This document shows, in pieces, positions 39,889-53,205 of a stretch of 64,000 bases of DNA; positions within the stretch are counted from its first letter, which is position 1; each line of letters opens with the position of its first letter. The translations under genes were made by a program, and so were the position numbers. Below the pieces are notes generated by a model that saw only the letters and a program-made list of their open reading frames with translations, was not told the DNA's origin and ran no database searches. Source of the DNA: Zygnema circumcarinatum SAG 698-1b (Eukaryota > Plantae > Zygnematophyceae); NCBI GenBank assembly GCA_037447605.1, contig CM074820.1, positions 806,001 through 870,000 on the forward strand, given 5' to 3'.

Positions 39889-42071
39889 CTAGACATGGAT
39901 CAAGTGGCGCTTGGCCAGGTCCGCTAGCATGGTCTCGTAGCTCGGCGCCGCCGGGTGAAACTCCCCAAAGGCGGGCGCGCGGCCGAATACGACGGCGGCG
40001 GCGCGCACGAGGATGGCGGCCGTGAGGCCCCACACGTCGTGGGGGCGCCCGCCGGCGGCCGTACAGTGGAAGTGGTGCACGCGGTACGGCAGGCCCAGCC
40101 ACTCGCCGTCCTCGCAGCGATGGGCATCCTTCTGCACTCGCATGTCCATGCCACATCACATGCCAGGTCAGTAAAATGACACGTCAGCATGTCACGTGGC
40201 CGTGACACGTCAACACTATGAGCGCATCCATGATGCGTGATCATGTCAGGTCAGCACTATGAGCACACCACCATGCCACATGGCCATGACACGTCAGTAC
40301 CATGGGCACATCCTTGCCACGTGGTCATGACACGTCAGCATAATGAGCACATTACCATGCCACATGGCCGTAACACGTCAGCACCGTTAACACATCACCA
40401 TCCCACGTGACCATGACACAGGTGATCATGCCAGGTCAGCAATATGAGTATATTACCATGCCACGTCAGCGTCATGTGCACGTCACGTGGCCATGGCACG
40501 TCAGCACCATGATGAGTTCACTGAGAAGCTATTAGTGGTGGCAGCATGGGGCATTGGGAATGTAGCCATTTCGACTTGGTTAGAATTGGTTAGGAAATAG
40601 CAATGACTTGGCTAAAGAAAGGCAACGTGCCGCCACTGCAAGAAGCACATCCACATGCATGTCAAACATCACAATGTTCTCTCCCTCAACATCATAAGCC
40701 CTGCACCCTCTGCATCATTCCGCACCTCCAAGAACATCGCCAGGGGGGCCGAAAACACCGCCTCGACCTCCTGCAAGTTGGGCCGCGGCGTGAAGGAAGC
40801 TCCCCTTGCGACGAGGCCGATGACAGGCGTGACCGTCAGAAGGTGCTTGGAAACGAAGGGCTCCAACTGAGTCACAACTTCCACCTCTGACGGAGGAAGC
40901 CCTATTTCCTCCATGGCCTCTCGAAGAGCCGTGGCTGAATCATCGATATCTTCAGGATCTCTTTTACCACCTGGCAAGGCAACTTCTCCTGCAGTAAATA
41001 AGGAAAGCAATATCTTAATCAGAGGTCTAGTTGTGCAATGCTAATGCTGTTCATATGGAGAATTTCTCCGTCGGACGACTGAGCTCTGTAAGATAAGCAG
41101 TGGCAGTTGTGGATACAAGGGGCTTGAGCTTGAAGGTTCATTTTCACTGTCGGAACTTGGGTTTGGTCACCATAATAACCCTATTTTTTCCGTACCACTG
41201 ACCCTGCCAACTCTCAAACGAACTGAACTTACTTCTAACTTTATATACTTCAACCTAAAACCAGTCTTCCCATCCCAAGCCATTTCTTCGAAGGAACGAA
41301 GGAACGAACGAAGGAATATTAGTTAATCCTAGCCCTAATTTTAGACATGACCGTAAGCTACTCTCATGCTACCTTTCCAGCATCACTCAGAATGACATTG
41401 CCTTCACCTGAATGTGACGACATCTTCGATGCTCGTTTCGTGAGCCACACCCTGATCTCACCCTCCGGGGAACGAAAAAGAGCGATCAGAACTGCTGCAT
41501 TCTTCGTCCTTCCAACTTTCTCTGCTACATCCGAAGAAGACGGCACTCCCACACTTGAAGTCGGCTCATCTCCCACCGCCTCATCTCCCCGAAACCCTAG
41601 AATTCCTCTCCCCTCTCTCTCTCCCTCGCTCTCTCCCTCGCACTCTCTTCCTCCTGGACCTGTCCCTACCCCCTCCCGCAGGGTGACACCTGGCACATTC
41701 TTGAACCGCTCCGTTTCGCTCCCCTCCCCCTCCCCTCCTCCTCGACCTTCCGCAATCGGTACTCCGCCTCCCACCCTCACTCTCTCCAGAATTTGCGCAG
41801 CAGAAATTGCGCGATACTGCCTCAACTGCGCCGCCAGCTTCAGAAACTCCAAACCTTCACAATCCTCCCCCCTCCCATTTTCACTCTCTCTCCCTCTCTC
41901 TCCCTCCATCCTCTTCCCGCGCACAAGCGGAGCAATGCCGTTCCTCGGCTGAGTGTGCAGCGACCTCAGAGGAGGAGCTCTCGAAAAAGGGAGGGGAAGG
42001 GGGGCGTCAGCTGTCACAGCAATGCGCCACGTGGCAGATAATCCGCACCTGCTATGGCGGAAGGCCGCCAT
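39889..42071 (-). CDS. Nudix hydrolase, CoA diphosphatase family (NUDT7/8, plant NUDX11/15/22-like), with N-terminal targeting-peptide-like extension. Exons 42071-41408, 40988-40726, 40131-39889
   Basis: NAAVLIALF...VWLTKRASKMSSHSGEVALPGG (UPF0035 motif), Nudix box GGKRDPEDIDDSATALREAMEEIG, then VTPVIG, EVEAVFSAPL and VWGLTAAIL. Confidence 0.92.
40145..40520. repeat. Degenerate 41-43 bp tandem repeat rich in ACGT cores, in Nudix intron 2
   Basis: Recurring GACACGTCAGCA...CATGCCACGTGGCCAT. Measured spacings between GACACG anchors are 41 and 43 nt. Confidence 0.8.
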
Positions 42072-42950
42072 GGCGGAGGGATGGTTCGCCCCCCGGGGAA
42101 GCCATGGCTGCAGTGGAGGACGCGCCAGAGCGCGCCACGTAGCGCGCCATTCCGGCCGGTGGGTCCTGTTGGAGGCACACCGCAAGGGTCATGACCGGCG
42201 CGGGGCCCGTGCCCCTCTATGATCCGGCCACGTCATCGTGCCGCACGGTACGGCCTCCACAGGCGAAGCGTACGGCAATACTCGCTTGCTTAAGAAGGAT
42301 CACGTCATATCACGTCACGTTGGGTCATGGCTCTGACGCCCCATTTTTAGTCAAGTGACGTGAGGGGCACGACGAGGGGCATATGCCCCGGGCATGCTTC
42401 CCTGCCACCGGGGGGGGGGGCATGTGCCCCGGGGCACGGGTCGGGGGGGGACCGTGCCTCCAACACTACCGGTAGGGCTTCAAATGGTACGATTAAATCG
42501 GTCATATCGAACTGAGATATATCTAAACGGAGATATCAATTTTCCTGTATCGAGCGTATCGAGCACCTTACGCTCGTGGTTTCTAATTTTTGCTCGACTT
42601 CACATCTTCCTCATATGCGATCGGTAGTTCCTTCTCTTATCTCGTGGTTTCTTCCTTTTCTGTTCATGGTTCCCATTTCGCCCATTTTATTGCAACGCTT
42701 AGCTGAGCGTCGAAACCAGAACCATCTCATTTCAAAACCAAAAGGAAAATACGTATAAAAAGTTCCAGATTTCGACGAAGTTCGAACCCAACATCATATT
42801 TCCTGCATAACTCTAAAAAACAAGACTCATCTTGTTTCCCCTTCACTGCAAATGAAGGAAGGAAGAACCTAATGCCCCGAGACTCAACGATACTCATGTC
42901 CTGAGCCTCAAAACTAGAATAGGAATAGAAATTCTACAACTGTCAGAACC

Positions 42951-45900
42951 CTAAACCCTGCCCACATTGGCAAGCATGTCCACAAGGGCCCCATTCGCAA
43001 CCATGCGCGTGTAGTCCACCACATGGTCCGCATGCCCGGCCGCATATCCAAAATTTCCGCTCTCATAGAGCCATAGTCTTCCTTTCATGGGGTGCTCTCC
43101 AAGGCCCATTTCCGGGTCCCATACGTCAACAGTCAAATATGCCTCCATGACCTCCTCCTCCTCTCCATACATCTTCACATCCCCATCCTCAAACTGGAAC
43201 ACCTCCTCCCTACCACCTGGACTCTCTCCCTCTCCCCCTCCTCCTCCTCCTCCCTCCTCCTTACCATCGTCATCCTCCGTGCAGCAATCAGCTTCACTAG
43301 CAGGACCTTTAGGGTTTCGCTTCCGACCTCGGGAATTAGAGGCCCCTCTATACTCAACATGATTACTGGTGCTAAGTCCTAAAGCTCCCCTCCCTCTCTC
43401 CTCTTCTCTCAATATTAACCCCGACCCATCGCATTCGTCCACTCGCTGTTCGCTGCTACAAGCTCCCGACTCTCTCCCTCTGTGCTCCACTCTCCCACCC
43501 CTTCCGTATCTCTCCAATCCTCCACTATTGTTTCCATGCTTCACACTCCGTGGAGGGGCCAAGTGACGCCTCCTCTGATAGAAGCTCCTCTCCGATAATG
43601 AAAGTGGAGTTGCCTTCCGAGAGCTGATCATGGCCGTCCATTTTACAGATCCGACGGAGTTGCCACTGCTTCCAACACCCCCTCTATTGTTTCCAATACT
43701 CTCTCCGCTTACAGGCCCATTTTTTGCCATTCTCCGACACACAATGCTTCCGGGAGCATCATATGAGACGAGAACAAAATCCAAATCGCCATCTTCACCA
43801 ATACCCTGCAGACACGTGGATGGACGGAAAATACATAGAATCAGAAAGGAAGTTCATAACTAGTTAGAAAGAGGGTAAACGATTTCCCGAATGTAAGTGC
43901 CTTTTGAAAGCTATAGCCAAGTGCTAGTCACCTCATCCCAATCACTGTCAGCCCCTCTCCCTCCCTTCACAACACCTCCCTCCACCTTTCCTCCATTCAA
44001 CTCTTTCTTCTCTCCCTCTCCCCCGTTACTTCTCACTCATCCAATCCCCCTCCCCCATCCCTTCTTCTCTAATGTTTTCCCTTCCTGTCTTAATGTGCTT
44101 CATCACCCTCAGCCCATTCCTCTTCAATCACCTCCTTCCTTCCATATGCTCTCTCACCTCCTTCTCCGAACCTCGCCTCCTCTCTCTCTCGCCCTCCAAC
44201 TCACTTCCCCCTTTTCCCTCCTGTGCCCCTTCTCTCTCCCTGATCCAGCTGACTTGCCTCTTCCCACCTCCTTCCTCTTCCATCTCCCTACACCCACTCC
44301 CTCCCCTCTTCTCCAGCCATGTAAGCAGTCACTCCACCTTCCAGAGCCCTTGGAAGGGCCGTTCTTCAGTTGGGCAGACGAGGTCCTCCCGCACCCGCAG
44401 GAGATGCTCCGATTCAAAAGGAGGCAATCCCACTCTCCCCTTTGCAGCACTCCGGGAGCGCAACTTCTCTTTTCGCTTCTGCTTCCTTTGGAAGTTCTCA
44501 CCTCCAGAAGGTGCCACTCGGGATGCCAGATATGTATACATTTCAAATGGGAGAATACCTGAACGGGGGAGGGGGGGGAGGAGTGGGAGGGAATTCTAAA
44601 AGGAAAATGGAAGGTTGACAATGAAAGATACGAGAAATTAAAGTTTGTTCCTACTCTGTTTAAAAGCGAAGGTAACATGGAGCCCCATTCTTGAGAAACG
44701 TTGAAAATAAATTACTTACTGCTGTTCATAACGTTACCACAAATGCAATCCCTTACAACGAAAACTAGAAATTATGCTTTTTGTTCTGCTACAAATTGAT
44801 AACTGACAAGTGACGCCTTCTCACCGGGAAGGCTATGACTGCCAGCCTCAGCCTCTCCCACATAGGGAGGAGAATTCTGAACGGGAGATGTCCGCCATGA
44901 CTTCATTTGAAAGCCTGCTTGAGAGGTGGGAGGAGACTTCATGAGCTCCGCCAGATGCTCCCCTGAACCGAATGAAGCAAGTGCAGCATCCACTGCCACC
45001 TGGCATCTTCCTAATGGTCCAGGGGCCTCTCCCACAGCCTCCTCTATCAATATGTGATTTCTGCTCACTACTTTGAATGAAACAGGAAGGATGCCGGGAG
45101 GCAGTTCATCGTCTGGATTCCATTCTGGCAGATCACAGTCTAGCGATCCTGACAATGGAACGGTTTGCCAATTTCTATCGTTGAAGTTTGCCGTAGTAGG
45201 CGACGGAGAGGCATGGAGCTTGCCAGTTGAAGAAGGAGAGAGGAGCTTTGTCGCCTCTATATGAGAGGGAGATTCTTCTGCTGTCAGCCATGGCGATAAG
45301 GACGAGTACGAGTGTCGACGGAGGAAATTTATGGGAGGAGATGAAGGAGAGAACCCTTCAAAATTTGACCCATTCTCTCTCAACCTGTTTATAGTCAAAG
45401 TATTTCCGCTTAATCTGCGTTCCAGCACATGCTTGCTATCTCTATCCCTCTCTTCTCGACTCTCTCCAACTTTAAAATCTCCTCTCCCTCCCCATGTACC
45501 ATCCCTCCATTCCGTATTAAATTGATAGTTCAGAAAACCTTTCGTAGCTACTCCAACCCTGAGAAAGGGCAAACATTTAACACTGTAATCTGCACGTGTG
45601 GCAGGTACAACCTTCAAGCCTTCCATGTACGAACTACGCCACTCAAAAATAACCAATGTACCCAAATCTTCACGCGAAGTACCCCTCCAAATCCCTAAAT
45701 GCTGCTCCAAAATCTCCAATGCAGCGTGCAATTTCCGATAAGTTATGACACTTTCTGCCCCTCTTTGGCGCCCCCTTCCACCCCATTTCTGCACAGCTGT
45801 GACCGCCCCCCAGCGGTGTTCACACAGCGGCAGCCAAAGCTTGCTGTCGTCGTTGTAAAGGTCACGGAACCGCCGGCTAATGCATGCACACGTGGCAAGC

Positions 45901-46103
45901 TCTGCAGGTGCCAGGTGGCATAGAATGGCGACAATTAGGTCATCTCCGAGTCCATTCATCAGGCTCTGTTGACCGTCGGATTCAGATCCAACGGTGGTCG
46001 GTGTGGCGGCCTCCTCGGGCCGTACAATCTGTAAGCTCTCTGCGAGAGAGGCAGAGAGCAGCTTCTCCTCTAAGCTGCAGAGGGGAGAGGTGAAGGCAGC
46101 CAT
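42951..46103 (-). CDS. F-box protein, At3g12350-like. Exons 46103-44825, 44558-44338, 43805-42951
   Basis: F-box LGDDLIVAILCHLAPAELATCACISRRFR...LWLPLCEHRWG, followed by YRKL....LGIWR, VIFEW, PFLRVG, EMYTYLASR, RPFQGLWKG, DFVLVSYD...IVCRR and GRLWLYESGNFGY. Splicing is in phase. Confidence 0.85.
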
Positions 46104-47340
46104 GGATCTCCCTTCCTCGCCTATCCCCACTACTCCCTGGCCGCCCAGGTCTTTTTCTATTGGCTCTCAAGCTTAAGTTGTCCCTTACCCTTAGTCACTC
46201 TCCAACAGCTCTCACCTTACCCTTACCTCCCTACCGCCCTGTCTCCCAATCTATCTCCCACCCTGCTTCGTTTTCTCCCCATTCCCCCCCCCTCTCTCTC
46301 TCTTTTTCTCTCTCTCTCTCTCTCCCCCTCCTCTCTCTCTCTCCCTCCCTCCCTCCTCTCTCTCTCCCTCCCTCCTCTCTCTCTCCCTCCCTCCCTCTCT
46401 CTGTTTCTCCCTCCCCTCTCTCTCTCTCTCCCTCTCACACACACACACACACACCGCACCCCTTCTCTCGCTCCTGGAGGTCCTCTCTCTGAGCAGTCCT
46501 CTCCTCCTAAAGCCCTCCCTACAAGCCCTCCAACTCTACCGTGGTGCGTGCCCCAACCTCTACCCAGGCCGGACCGTGAACCCTAAACCCTAAACCCTTC
46601 CTGAGCCCTGAACCTGCTTGCACCTTGACTCGCACGTCAAGGTCAACGCGGCTCCATGTCCGTCGTAACAGTCGCAGTTCGTTTTTACCGGATATCCGGA
46701 TCGCGAGAGAATCGTCCAGATTCGGACAGCAAAGATTCCTGTGGTCAGACTTGACTTCCCTTGACTTTCCTCGACTCCCCTTGACTCCATTGACCAATAG
46801 AGCCGCGGATTCTAACCTCGTCACAGTTTTGACGTCTCAGGACTGCCAGGACTTGAGATCTTTTCGAATCTATAAGATTCGAATCTTCAGTAGCGGACAT
46901 TCTTGTTTGACCCGGAAACCGCACAGGTCGGACCGTTGGTTGGACTAACCATTGGAATGGTTGAAAACCATCCGTTGGCGAATCAGCCAAACGTTGTCAA
47001 TAAACATGGTTGCCACCCATTCCCAGTGGGTCCAACCGTTGCTTTCAATGATTGCCAACCATTGCGTCGGACCGAACCATCAACCAGTGCCGATGCTCGC
47101 CAACCATTGGACGGCCATTACCCCATGGCCCGACCCATCCACTACGTCAATACATATTTGTAACACGGAACACAGAACGGGATCGAACAAACTTCTGAAA
47201 CTGCGCACATGGAACGGCCCTCCATGGAGCCGGCAAACCCTAAAACTGCAAAAGAGGGCGAAGAGCTTTGGAAGGACGCGCTCGCTGGGAGGGCCGGGAA
47301 ACGCGGAGAAAGCGCCACGTAGCAGGAAGGAGGAGCAGCC
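46104..47340. promoter_or_regulatory. Divergent (head-to-head) promoter region between the F-box gene and NDUFA2, with telo-boxes
   Basis: The start codons face away from each other 1.24 kb apart. AACCCTAAACCCTAAACCC at about 46580 and AAACCCTAAAA at about 47236. Confidence 0.6.
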
Positions 47341-48294
47341 ATGTCTTGGAGAGCTCAGCTGTCGCGCAGTCTGCAGGAGCTGCGGATCCACTTCTGCCAG
47401 ACCTCGCCTGGCAGCCATGGCGCCAGGTGTGTTCCGCGTCGCCAGGTCGGAACGCAGGGCAGGACAGACAGAAGGAAGGAGAAAAAAAGAAAATGAATGG
47501 ATTTAGGGTTTGGCAGTAGTTTATGATTCAGGATTTCAGTTTTTTAGGGTTGTTTTGGAAGAGTCTGGAAGTGTAGGAACTCCATATAGGTTCAGGAAAT
47601 TAGGGTTCTGATGCTACTTCATAGATTGCTACAAGCGCGTGAGGGAGAGGTGCGCGAGTGAGAGTGTTGCAGTGCTGCCACGCGGCAAGAGGAGAGCTAA
47701 CAATGTGAGGTTCATTCGCTGTCTAGAGTTAGGGTTCGGTTTATAGCTGAAGGCAGCATTGTCTGACTAATCTAATGAATGTCGTCTACAAACCTAAAAC
47801 TGACAACCGTTACTCACTCACTTTTCTGGTTTGTGGCGATCAGGGAATTTATTCAGAGGAACTATAAGGACCTGAAAATGCTTAACCCTAAACTTCCAAT
47901 TTTGATTCGCGAATGCAGCGGAATTCAGCCAAAGATGTATGCGCGCTACGGTAGGAAAAAAAAAATCCTTAACACACCTTCACTTGTAGTCTCTGGACTG
48001 TTTCAGAGCCACTTTCTTTCCAATAATCCTCCTTGACCCAGGCTTCTTTCTTTTTCTCCTTCTTTGGTTGAATTGATCTCAAGAAAGCTGCAATTGGAAG
48101 GCCCAAGTTAGGGTTCTCATGTTCGGACGATATTTCACGGTTGTTTGGACATGTTTGGGATTCTAATTTGGTGGGTCTTCAAGGGTGGAACAGACCTTGG
48201 CGTAGAGAAAAGTGTGATTCTCGATGGTCTTGGCGAAGCTGACATTTCCGCTAAGTTGGAGGAGCTGCTGAAGGTGACGCCCACGAGTTCATGA
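47341..48294 (+). CDS. NDUFA2: NADH dehydrogenase (ubiquinone) 1 alpha subcomplex subunit 2 (CI-B8). Exons 47341-47426, 47844-47950, 48194-48294
   Basis: [77 protein letters not shown]... The first exon is missed by the ORF track. Confidence 0.96.
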
Positions 48295-48999
48295 TGCCAT
48301 GGCATGCCACATGATGCCATCGATGCCACATGATGATCTCTCATGGCTCTGAAGGCCTCTCCCATGTGAGAGGTGTACTGTGAATCACAGTACAGAGAGA
48401 GCCCTGCAAGAGGACTTTCTAGCGCGTTACTATTGTTTCATTTGCGTTGAACTTAATATGGGAAGTGGTTGTAAAACGTAATCACGACCCTCTCTCCTCT
48501 CCACACCCTTTCCTCTCCTGTCCCTCTCCCCTTTTTCAGTTCAGCAGCTCGGATATGGATGGTTTAAGATAGGGATTGTTGTTCACTTAGCAGTGCATTG
48601 CATAGGTAGTACGAATCGGTTTCACCATGAGATGGCGCGTTGTAGCATATGCTTTGAATTCATTTGCACTTTCTTCAGTAAAAGAAGAGGAGGCGACTTG
48701 GATGGCATTTTTGCACTACTTGTGAAAGCCATTATCCTCATGCTGTGTATGGCATGCTTGCCCAAATGACGCCTTGGCAAGAAATGTCCTTTTTTTCTGT
48801 CCGCTTTCTCCCCGTTTCCCACCTCTCTCCCCCCCCCCCCTCCGCTCGCTTCCTCTCTGTGAATTGCCCGATGTTCAAATTCTCTGAATGGAAATGTGGA
48901 CGTTGCGAGGTGCCAATATTGAACAATGCAAGTTAATCAATAAGACCACCACCACACATTCTGGAGACTCCAAAAACGTTACCTGCTGCCATTTGACCT

Positions 49000-49690
49000 T
49001 TCTCAACCCCTCCACCAGCTCATCCCTCTCCCTCTCGTCTAACTACCCTGCTCCTTTCCTCCCTTTCCCTCTCCCTCTCCACCTTCCCGTCCTCTCCCGC
49101 CCTTCTCCATCTCCCTCGCCCCCTCCAACTTCCCCTCCACCTTCCTCCTTCCTCTCCCTCTCCCCCACCACTCACCCCTCCCCCTCTCCTTTGCCCCCTC
49201 CCGCTCTTCCGGCTCTACCGCTCCCTCTCCCTCTCCCCACTCCCACTCCCTATCCCTCTCCCTCTCCCTCCCCCTCTCCACCTTTCCCTCCCCTCATCTC
49301 CCACTCCCTGCGCCTTCCCTTGGCCCTTCTTCCTCCCTCCCCTCTCCCTCACCACCCGCCCCTTTCCCTTTCCCTTCTCCATCTCCCCCTCCCTCCTCCC
49401 ACTCCCCCTCACACCCTTCTACCTCTCACTCTCCCCCCACCCTCCCTTCTCCATCTCCCTCTCCCCCTTCACCGTCTCCTGCCGCTTCCTTCTCCCTCTC
49501 CCCCTCACACCTTTCTACCTCCCATTCTTCCCCCCCATCCCTCCTTTCCCCATCTCCCTCCCCCCCTCCACCGTCTCCTGCCCCTTCTCCCTCTCCCCAC
49601 CTCTCCACCGTCCCTCCTCTCTTCACTTTCCCTCTCCCTCTCCCACTCCCACTCCCTCTCTATACCTATCTCTCTCCCTCCGTTCCTGGA
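49000..49690. repeat. CT-rich polypyrimidine tract between the convergent NDUFA2 and cpSRP43 genes
   Basis: C/T low-complexity tract. It is the source of the long PLPSP ORFs. Confidence 0.9.
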
Positions 49691-50076
49691 CAGAACTCCA
49701 CATGTGAAACATCTCGACGACCGTTCATTTACAAGCGCGGAAACCATTACCGTTTCACATGTGAACGGCGTAATTGAACAGCTTCCACCTTATACAGGAC
49801 TATGTGAACACCTTGATTCAGAGAATGCGCCCTTCAATTGCACACTCACACTCCCTCCGAAGAGAGCCGAGTATGAACATGGGCATTCGTACATGACAAG
49901 AGTTCCACATTCCTATACTCAGCAGTGGCCCAAATGTATGCCAAGCCCTAAGAATACGTGGAATCCCCTTCAATAAATCTAGAGGGAGGGAGATACCAAT
50001 GAGACTACAAGCCCATAACTTTCATATCTCCCACCCCGAACCACCCATCATCACCATACGCAAGGTTGGAATGCTG

Positions 50077-51505
50077 TCATTTGCCGAGCACCTTTGAAGT
50101 CAACGCTTTCTCCTTCTTATCCTCCGCCATCTTCTGTAATCTCTCCTCAATGGAAGCAACTTCCACTCCCTCAAATTCAGCGATAATTTCCGCAGCAACG
50201 TTCTCCTCCGGCTCCCACGTGTCTTCGTCTGAGTCTGCCCACTTCACCAGGTACTCCACTCCCTCCTTCGTCTCCCTCTTTTGAAGGACCTTCTCAGCAA
50301 TACCATACTCTAAGCCCTCCTCATAATCGTGTATGAGGTCTGGGCCTATGTTCTCAATAGGCTCCCAGCTGTCGTCCGATTCGTCACTCCACTTCACAAG
50401 GTACTCCACCTTCCCCTCCACCACTCTCTTATCCAGAACCTGTTCCACCTCTACTTCTTCAAAGGTTGCTTCATCCAAAAGCTTCACTACCTGGTCGAGA
50501 GCGAGGCGCCTTGCAAACTGCAAGAGGGGCAGCAATGTGACAGTCAAGTTCCAGTACTAACTCTCTCCAACTCGGCCACTCTTTCTTCTCTCCTTTTGGC
50601 AAAGAATGAAAATCCTAATACAATTGCAAACCCACAAAAGCTGTACAGGAGGACTTGGACGGTCGAACTCTGGCTACCAATTAGGTTCCCTCTTTACTCT
50701 ACATAAAGGGAAATGCATTCAATCTTAACATGACTCTGAAATGATATCCCCAAGTCTGGTTAACAGTAATTGACAATACAGAACAGTAATTGTTCCCCAC
50801 TTGCTCTCTTCCCCCATATAATCAGCATTTCGACAGAAGTGTATTTTTCACTACAAGACCCATCTAATTCATTGCCAAAGTCGATGATATGCACGCCTCA
50901 GGGGTTACGTAAAATATAAAAACAATGAAGCCTCCCTCTCACTTTCACAGCGACTTCGCAAACTCAAAAATGCCCATTCATCCTACAAATATCCAATCAA
51001 GTTTGCTCGACTACTACATGATATGCCTTCAATACATTTGACCGCCCTCAAATTCACTAAACACGAGTGCCTTCTAAAAAAGGTTTACTTGAAAGCTGTC
51101 TCCTCTCATTGCATGAGTTTTTTCATGGCCCTAATTTCCGTTGCTGAACGGTGCACTAGCACAGTAGAATCAGCATAACCAAAGGTTGAAAAATGGATAA
51201 TGACCTCATTTGCTATCTTTACGGCTAGAGGGAGACGAATACTATGCAAACAGCCCTTCCAGAGAACCTGGGCAGAATAAGTTCTAATTTTGACAAGGTG
51301 CCTTAAACAAGCCCAAAAGAAATCGGATAGCTCAAGGAATGCAAAAATGAGTCCATCTCATAACTTATACTGATACTCATATGAAACTGAAACTCATCTA
51401 TATATATGAAACTATTTCATATTCGGTTCTTTCTCCCTATCAAGCCATGTACATCCCTTAGCATGTTCAGGAGTATAATAGAAACTTGCAGCAGTATTAT
51501 TCCTA

Positions 51506-51538
<33 letters not shown>

Positions 51539-53205
51539 TTGCTCTATGGTTTGCTACCAGTCATTGGCACGCACCTGCATAGGATTGTTCTTTGGGGTTC
51601 TCTCAAGCAGCTGTTGCGCCAGTTGGAGAGAGCTGCGGCCCTGGCTATCTTCCAAATCAGGGTCAGCCCCCAACTCGAGGAGAGCCTTCACTACTGTAGT
51701 GTGAACATAGCCGGAAGCAATGTGAAGGGCGGAATAGCCGTCCTTATCCTGCCAGTGGACGTTCGCACCTGCAGCTGCAAGCAGCTTTACACACTGCATC
51801 CAGAAAAAGAAGGCACTACCATCAGAGAGCTCCCCTTGACTCCCATGACAAGGAAGAGTTCGAGGATAATCTTAAGGTAGGTCAGAGGAAGACATATCAT
51901 TTGAGTTTGGACTTCGTGAATACTCCATGACTTCATGACTTCTGGACTTCCTGACCCTAACTTCATCTGCTAAGTAACCGGCCGCAATTTTCTTACTTCT
52001 ACACAAGGACGAGTACACGTGCTTCTCAGCTCAAACTAACTTTTCAAGCTCTCCTGGAAACAAATCCGAAGGCAGTTCCCAAGAAAATAGATCGCTAAAG
52101 GAAAGCAAGACTCCAGGCAATTGATGAAGCAAGTGGATACATTAACTTGCTGAAGCAACCTAAAGAGTTGAACAATGCCTACGTTAGCCGAATAGCAGGG
52201 TCTTGATGTCAACGTGTCAATACTCAGAAGCTAAAATTGTTCCAGAACCAAATGGGAAGAAATCTGGTAGCTGCTCAGCAGAGCCAATTGCATGAAATCA
52301 GCATTCATTGCCAAAATTAAGTAGAGCAAACCAGAGATTACAATGACAGGTATGGCAGGAAAATGATAGAGTCAAACCGTTTCAGCAATTTACAAGACAA
52401 GAAACGTAGGCATTCAAAACGCTCCAATGAGGAAGTCAGTAATTCAGCATCTTTTCAATGATAAAGAAGGCATATTCAGCTTTAGATCTGCACAAAAAAC
52501 ATAATCGAAAATCACCTTTTCGGACCCGAGCCCTGCGGCGAAATGCAGGGCAGTGCGCTGATTCTCATCAACAGCGTCGACGTCCCTCCCCTGCTCAAGA
52601 AGCTCCTGCACTTTCTGATCATTTGCTTTTCGAACAGGCGTCCACCATTCATCCTCATATGGAGCCGTAAGGTCGCGAGCGATGTTCTCCGCAGGCTCCC
52701 AGCTGTCAGGATGGTCATCCTTCCATTGGATAAGATATTGAGTCTTCCTATCCACAACTCTACTCCCTATAATCTTCTCCACCTCTCCGTAATCCTCCCC
52801 TTTCTCAGCCAATCCCGCAGAAGTGACTTCTCCTGCACTTCCATTTGAACTGCCATTCAAACCCCTCTCCTCCGCTGACTGCCCGCTCTCTTTCCGCTCC
52901 TCCTGCACGAGTCCTTCCTGTGCTTGAACACAAACTGAAGTCCTCCGCTGCACTCTCCCTCCTGCAGAGCCTGCTCCTCGTATTGCTCTCTGAAAGCTTG
53001 CAGCCTCCCCGCCTCTGCAGAACAAAGACGCGGCAGCGGAAGAAGCAGTGGACGAAGAATGGTACTCCGCGGCTTGAACGCCTGTCAGGCTGCAGCTTAC
53101 AGGCAGAAAGCTGGCAGAGCAGGAAGCCATGGCTCCTGCATGCTCTTCACGACGTGGCGCTCGGAGGCCCAATGCTTGGGCAGACGATGCCTGCAGCGCC
53201 GCCAT
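50077..53205 (-). CDS. CAO: Chloroplast signal recognition particle 43 kDa (cpSRP43/CHAOS). Exons 53205-52516, 51793-51575, 50517-50077
   Basis: Transit-peptide-like N-terminus; chromodomain 1 ([11 protein letters not shown]...YLIQWKD..PDSWEP); ankyrin repeats ([33 protein letters not shown]); chromodomains 2 and 3 (EYLVKWSD...[12 protein letters not shown]...TWEP). Confidence 0.96.
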
